From the human T2T-CHM13v2.0 reference genome, Homo sapiens: a stretch of 64,000 bases of DNA. The stretch lies in assembly GCF_009914755.1 (NCBI RefSeq), contig NC_060947.1. One strand, given 5' to 3'. Below the pieces are notes generated by a model. That model was not told where the DNA came from. It ran no database searches and worked only from the letters and a program-made list of their open reading frames with translations. Shown here one piece after another: positions 59,906-64,000 of this stretch (positions are counted from its first letter, which is position 1; each line of letters starts with the position of its first letter). The translations under genes were made by a program, and so were the position numbers.

Positions 59906-62059
59906 AAAGGTCCCCCAGAAGTCAGCTTTTAAATAAGTGCATTTTGTTAATTATATGAATAAAACACATGGTGAATATACAAGGAAAAAATTATGCTTAG
60001 GTTTAAAAGTTGCATTTTTTAAAATATGTGAAATTGAACTGATAATGGCCTATGATATGCTAACTGGCTAAAAGCATTTGAAAGGAGTAAATGAAGAAAT
60101 CAAGTGAAAAAAAAAAGAGTTGGTAATATTTAGCCATTTTTAATGAAAGCCTAAAAATGGATTAATACCACTCAAGTTCATGACACGAGCCTGCCATGAG
60201 TTTAAAATAACCTATATAAACCGACAGGTGATGTAGTAAGAAAATTAATGGATACCTAAACTGAATATCCATCATCGTAATTATGTATTTCTCTCAAGGA
60301 TTTTTAATACATATACATTGTATTTAGCCTGAGGGAAACATCAAGGTAAATCATTTCATGTCCCATTTTAGTAGGCAATTAAGAATGATGTTGTTATTTC
60401 AGAAAATGAGAGTTCAGGTTGATAAAGGGGACTCACAAGGTATCAGAAAACCAGTTATAAAACACTGTACATTTTTGAGCACTTTTAGTCTGTCATGCTC
60501 CCGCTATTGATAAAATGCAAATCGTTCATAGGTAACCACATGATAACAGGAACTTTTAAAATTTATATTCCTGAAATACTGAAACTCAATTTTCCTGCCT
60601 GATCAAAGCTGTCTTAAGATAAAGAAACAGAGTATCAGACAGAAACCTGTGAGAATCAGATCAATAATCATTTTTAATTAGCTAATAAAATGCTAAAGGT
60701 GATTCATACTTTCAGTGGTCAAATATGTAACATGATGTTTGAAAATTAGAGTTTAATGTTCTCTAATTAATTTTCTACTACTAAGAGAATTTCCCTCAAA
60801 AATCACAGCAAACAATTTACCTTCAAAGAAGTATACTTGAAAAAAGACATTTAGCTAATTTTCTACAATTATATATTATCTTTCAGTTTTCATATTTCCC
60901 ATTTCTTGAAACAATTTAGAATAGTCTATTATAATGCTGACAACAGCATGTCTTATAAAGCTAATAAGTAATTTAAAATAGCTTTCCAATTTATAAGTAG
61001 TTAACTCTAAGAAGAACTGGTGACAAAATTGTCTTCCCTTTTTCAAGCAGCCTAAAAAATAGATTTTTTTTCCAGAATATATATATATCTTTTGTTGATC
61101 TCCAAAAGTTCCAACCCCAACAGCAAACATTAGCTTGTAACTGAGGTAATGTCGTATTTGTAAAAATACAATGGATTTTGAACTTCATGATTTGAATCCT
61201 GGAGAGAAAAAGCAGAGCTAATATACACATTTAGATGTGATCTTCCCATGGATAAAATTACTTTTCATTCATAATCACTGCTTCCTTAGCTTGCCCATTT
61301 TATTTACTCTGCCTGTTAGAAATTATTTTACAAACTGTTGCCAATCATATACAAAGATGCATGTTTTATAATTGTTGAAGTTGAAAAATTAAAGCCTTGA
61401 CAATTTCCCTAAAGATGAAACACTTTATATTAAATTAATAAAACTTCCTATTTGTGAAGGTCAAAATTATACCATCTCAGAAGGGAATAACAACAACAAA
61501 GCATCTGCTACCACATGTAAATACTGAGAAAGGCTGGACACCTTTTAGATAAGGTAATACACAAATATCTGGGAAATTTAAATATCTTATAATATATGAC
61601 AGGGATTGATGACTATAAAGAATAACTTTTTGATAACAGTGAGAATATAGACATAGTCCTAAGTATGGTATCTATTATATTATTCTATTCTATTTTACTC
61701 TATTCTACTCTACACAATTGTGCAAGCTTGCTAAGGCCTAGCCTTGAGGTAACTGAACAATATATGAAAGGAATCAACATGAATTAATGTCATAAAATTG
61801 TTAATTTATAGTTAAATAATATGTAAGTTAAGGCAAGTTTATGAAAGGCATCCCTAGTCAGTCACAGAAGAATCCAGAAAGATTTCTCTAGGCTAAACTT
61901 TGATTTTGCTTGCTATCTAAAATATATTTTTAAGACATATTAAACAGCATTTTATCATATCGCATTAATCTATCAACTAGTAGAATCACAGATAACAAAG
62001 CACGGAGTTTACAAGCAGCACAAAATGAGTACAGATATAAAAATTAATGCATAACCTAC

Positions 62060-62183
62060 ATTGACTTTTTCTTTTAAGTCTGAGAAGTTGCCTTCCTTCC
62101 GAAAGATTGCAAATTCAGGACTCTGCAACACAGCTTCTGAGCGAGTAATCCAGCTGTGAAGTTCAGTTATATCAACATCCAAC
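62060..62183 (-). CDS. DMD: Dystrophin exon 18 (124 bp), LDVDITELHSWITRSEAVLQSPEFAIFRKEGNFSDLKEKVN
   Basis: Acceptor gtcttag|GTTGGATG, donor GTCAAT|gtaggt; overlaps ORF 62009..62209. Confidence 0.98.
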
Positions 62184-62544
62184 CTAAGACAGCAAAAAAT
62201 AAAAGTCATTATTTCTTGATTATCTCTTTCTTCTATATTAAAAAAAGCAATTTATCCACATTTATCATTCTTTTCTCAATCTGAGACTCCTGCCTGACAC
62301 CTCTATTAGTATTAATAGCAGCACTATTTTCCCTGTTAGGTAGACTCAAATTTGGAGTCAGCTTTGATCTAGAGTCTTATGATCACAGAGGTCATTTTAT
62401 TCACCTCAATGTAAAAATCACTTCTACAATATATCCTGTAAGCTATTACCCAGCCTCTGCTTGAATGTTTCCACTATTTGAAAAAGTACTACTTCCCACG
62501 ATAACCTTTTCTTTTTGGAAAGTATTTATGAGAAAAAAAAAATT

Positions 62545-63025
62545 CCTGTTGGTGGTCACCATTGAAACACATGCTTTTCTGTAGTCTCCAATCATACTGC
62601 CTCTGGGTTTGGCCACGTGACTTTCTATCACAAATGGGACAATAGTAAGAGTACTGCAAGTAAGGTTTTGAGAAGTGCTTGCATGTCAGAGCTTGACTTT
62701 TTAGAGCACACATTCTGAGAAGACAACAATTATATAAGAAGTACAATGACCTTGAGGTGATCATGTTTTAAGGAAACTTGATCTGTCCATGTGAAGAGGC
62801 CACATGAAGAAGCATGGGGCACCAGGCATGCAAATAAAGCCCTCTGTGACCCATCTCAATGCCAGCTGAAGACAGACAAATGAGTGCTCCAGTTGATGCC
62901 ACATAGAGAAAAGAAATACCCAAAGGGCACTGCCTACGTTGAAGAATTAGGAGAAATAATAAATAGGTGCTGTTTTAAGCCACTACATTTTGGTGTGAGT
63001 TGTTATGCTGCCATAAATATCAGAT
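62545..63025 (+). mobile_element. Old MLT1 LTR
   Basis: ggccacgtgactt...gaagaggccacatgaaga...aataaataggtgctgttttaagccactacattttgg...ttgttatgc. Confidence 0.7.
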
Positions 63026-63134
63026 CACCTATCCTGTTATTTTCAAACCTTTTTTTTTTTTTTTTTTTTTTTTTTGGAAGAGATCTTTGGAGCCACCAGG
63101 GATAAATTATTCATTCTAATCTGGTGATTTAGGT

Positions 63135-63430
63135 ATAGAAGAGCCAAAATATGGAATCAACCCAAGTGTCTAATGGAATAGTATTAAGCCTTTAAGACTA
63201 TGAATAGCCTTTCATTTGCAACAACATGTATGAACCCGGAGGAAATTATGTTAAGTGAAATAAGCCAGGTGTAGAAAGACAAATACCACATGATCTCACT
63301 TACAAGTGGAATCTAAAAAAAAAAAAAAAAAAAAATCAAACTAAAAGAAACAGAAGACAATGTTCATTTCCAGGAGCTGGTGGGGGTGGAGAGTAGTTGG
63401 AAAGATATTGGCAAAAGGATACAAAATTAT
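63135..63430 (+). mobile_element. L1M 3' UTR fragment
   Basis: catttgcaacaacatgtatgaacc...atgttaagtgaaataagccagg...atgatctcacttacaagtggaatctaaaa. Confidence 0.8.
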
Positions 63431-64000
63431 AAATATTTGAAATCCGCTCTTTAAATTTATCAGTAGATACCTGATCATCAGCCTACCCTATGCTTAATTA
63501 CTTCAACGGATATTCTATGGCTTGTTGTTATCTTAGTTTCCTTAAATTGGGTACTTAAAGGGAACATATCAGCAGTGTGTAAAATAAACAGGGAAGAATA
63601 ATTATCTTTCTGGTTTATAATACTTTCATTGATATAGCCCATGATTTCAATAAATATTTTCACTTCAATATTAGACTTTCAACTCACATTGCAATTCAAT
63701 TGACTTAAAACTTCTAGGAATTTTTTCACATAAACTATCATTAAACCAGTTATATCACAACCTAATTACTATCACAAACATATGACCTGATCTATTGAAC
63801 TCCAGTTTTGGGACTTTGAATCATATAAACCAGTTAGAATTTCTCACATTTGTTGCAGGCTATTGTTTAAAAATTAAACAGATACAGAAATTAATGGAAC
63901 ACAAAGCCCTTAGAAAAACATATTCGCATTTTATATTCTCACAAAATTCTTTGGTTAGGTATCACCAATTCCAGCTGCCCATAGGATGAGATGGAGCTTC

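Overview
This window is human genomic DNA from inside the dystrophin gene (DMD, Xp21), which is transcribed on the minus strand. It holds eight coding exons whose sizes, GT-AG boundaries and translations match DMD exons 18-25 (124, 88, 242, 181, 146, 213, 114 and 156 bp; roughly aa 724-1144, spectrin-like repeats 4-7). It also holds complete introns 18-24 and parts of introns 17 and 25. Everything else is AT-rich intron with Alu, L1, L2, MIR, MaLR/ERVL LTR and hAT/Tigger remnants plus simple repeats. Almost all ORFs in the supplied track are spurious or repeat-derived. I see no new gene or multi-gene system. The best second-look items are: latent pseudoexons one base away from activation in introns 25 and 18; an MLT1 LTR in intron 20 that has acquired a CRE and a G-quadruplex motif next to CCAAT/TATA motifs, facing antisense; a tailless, TSD-less young L1 fragment resembling a DNA-repair capture; three twin-primed inverted L1s; a local LTR duplication; and a 27-bp palindromic minisatellite. 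Repeat subfamily names are from memory of consensus sequences and need RepeatMasker confirmation.
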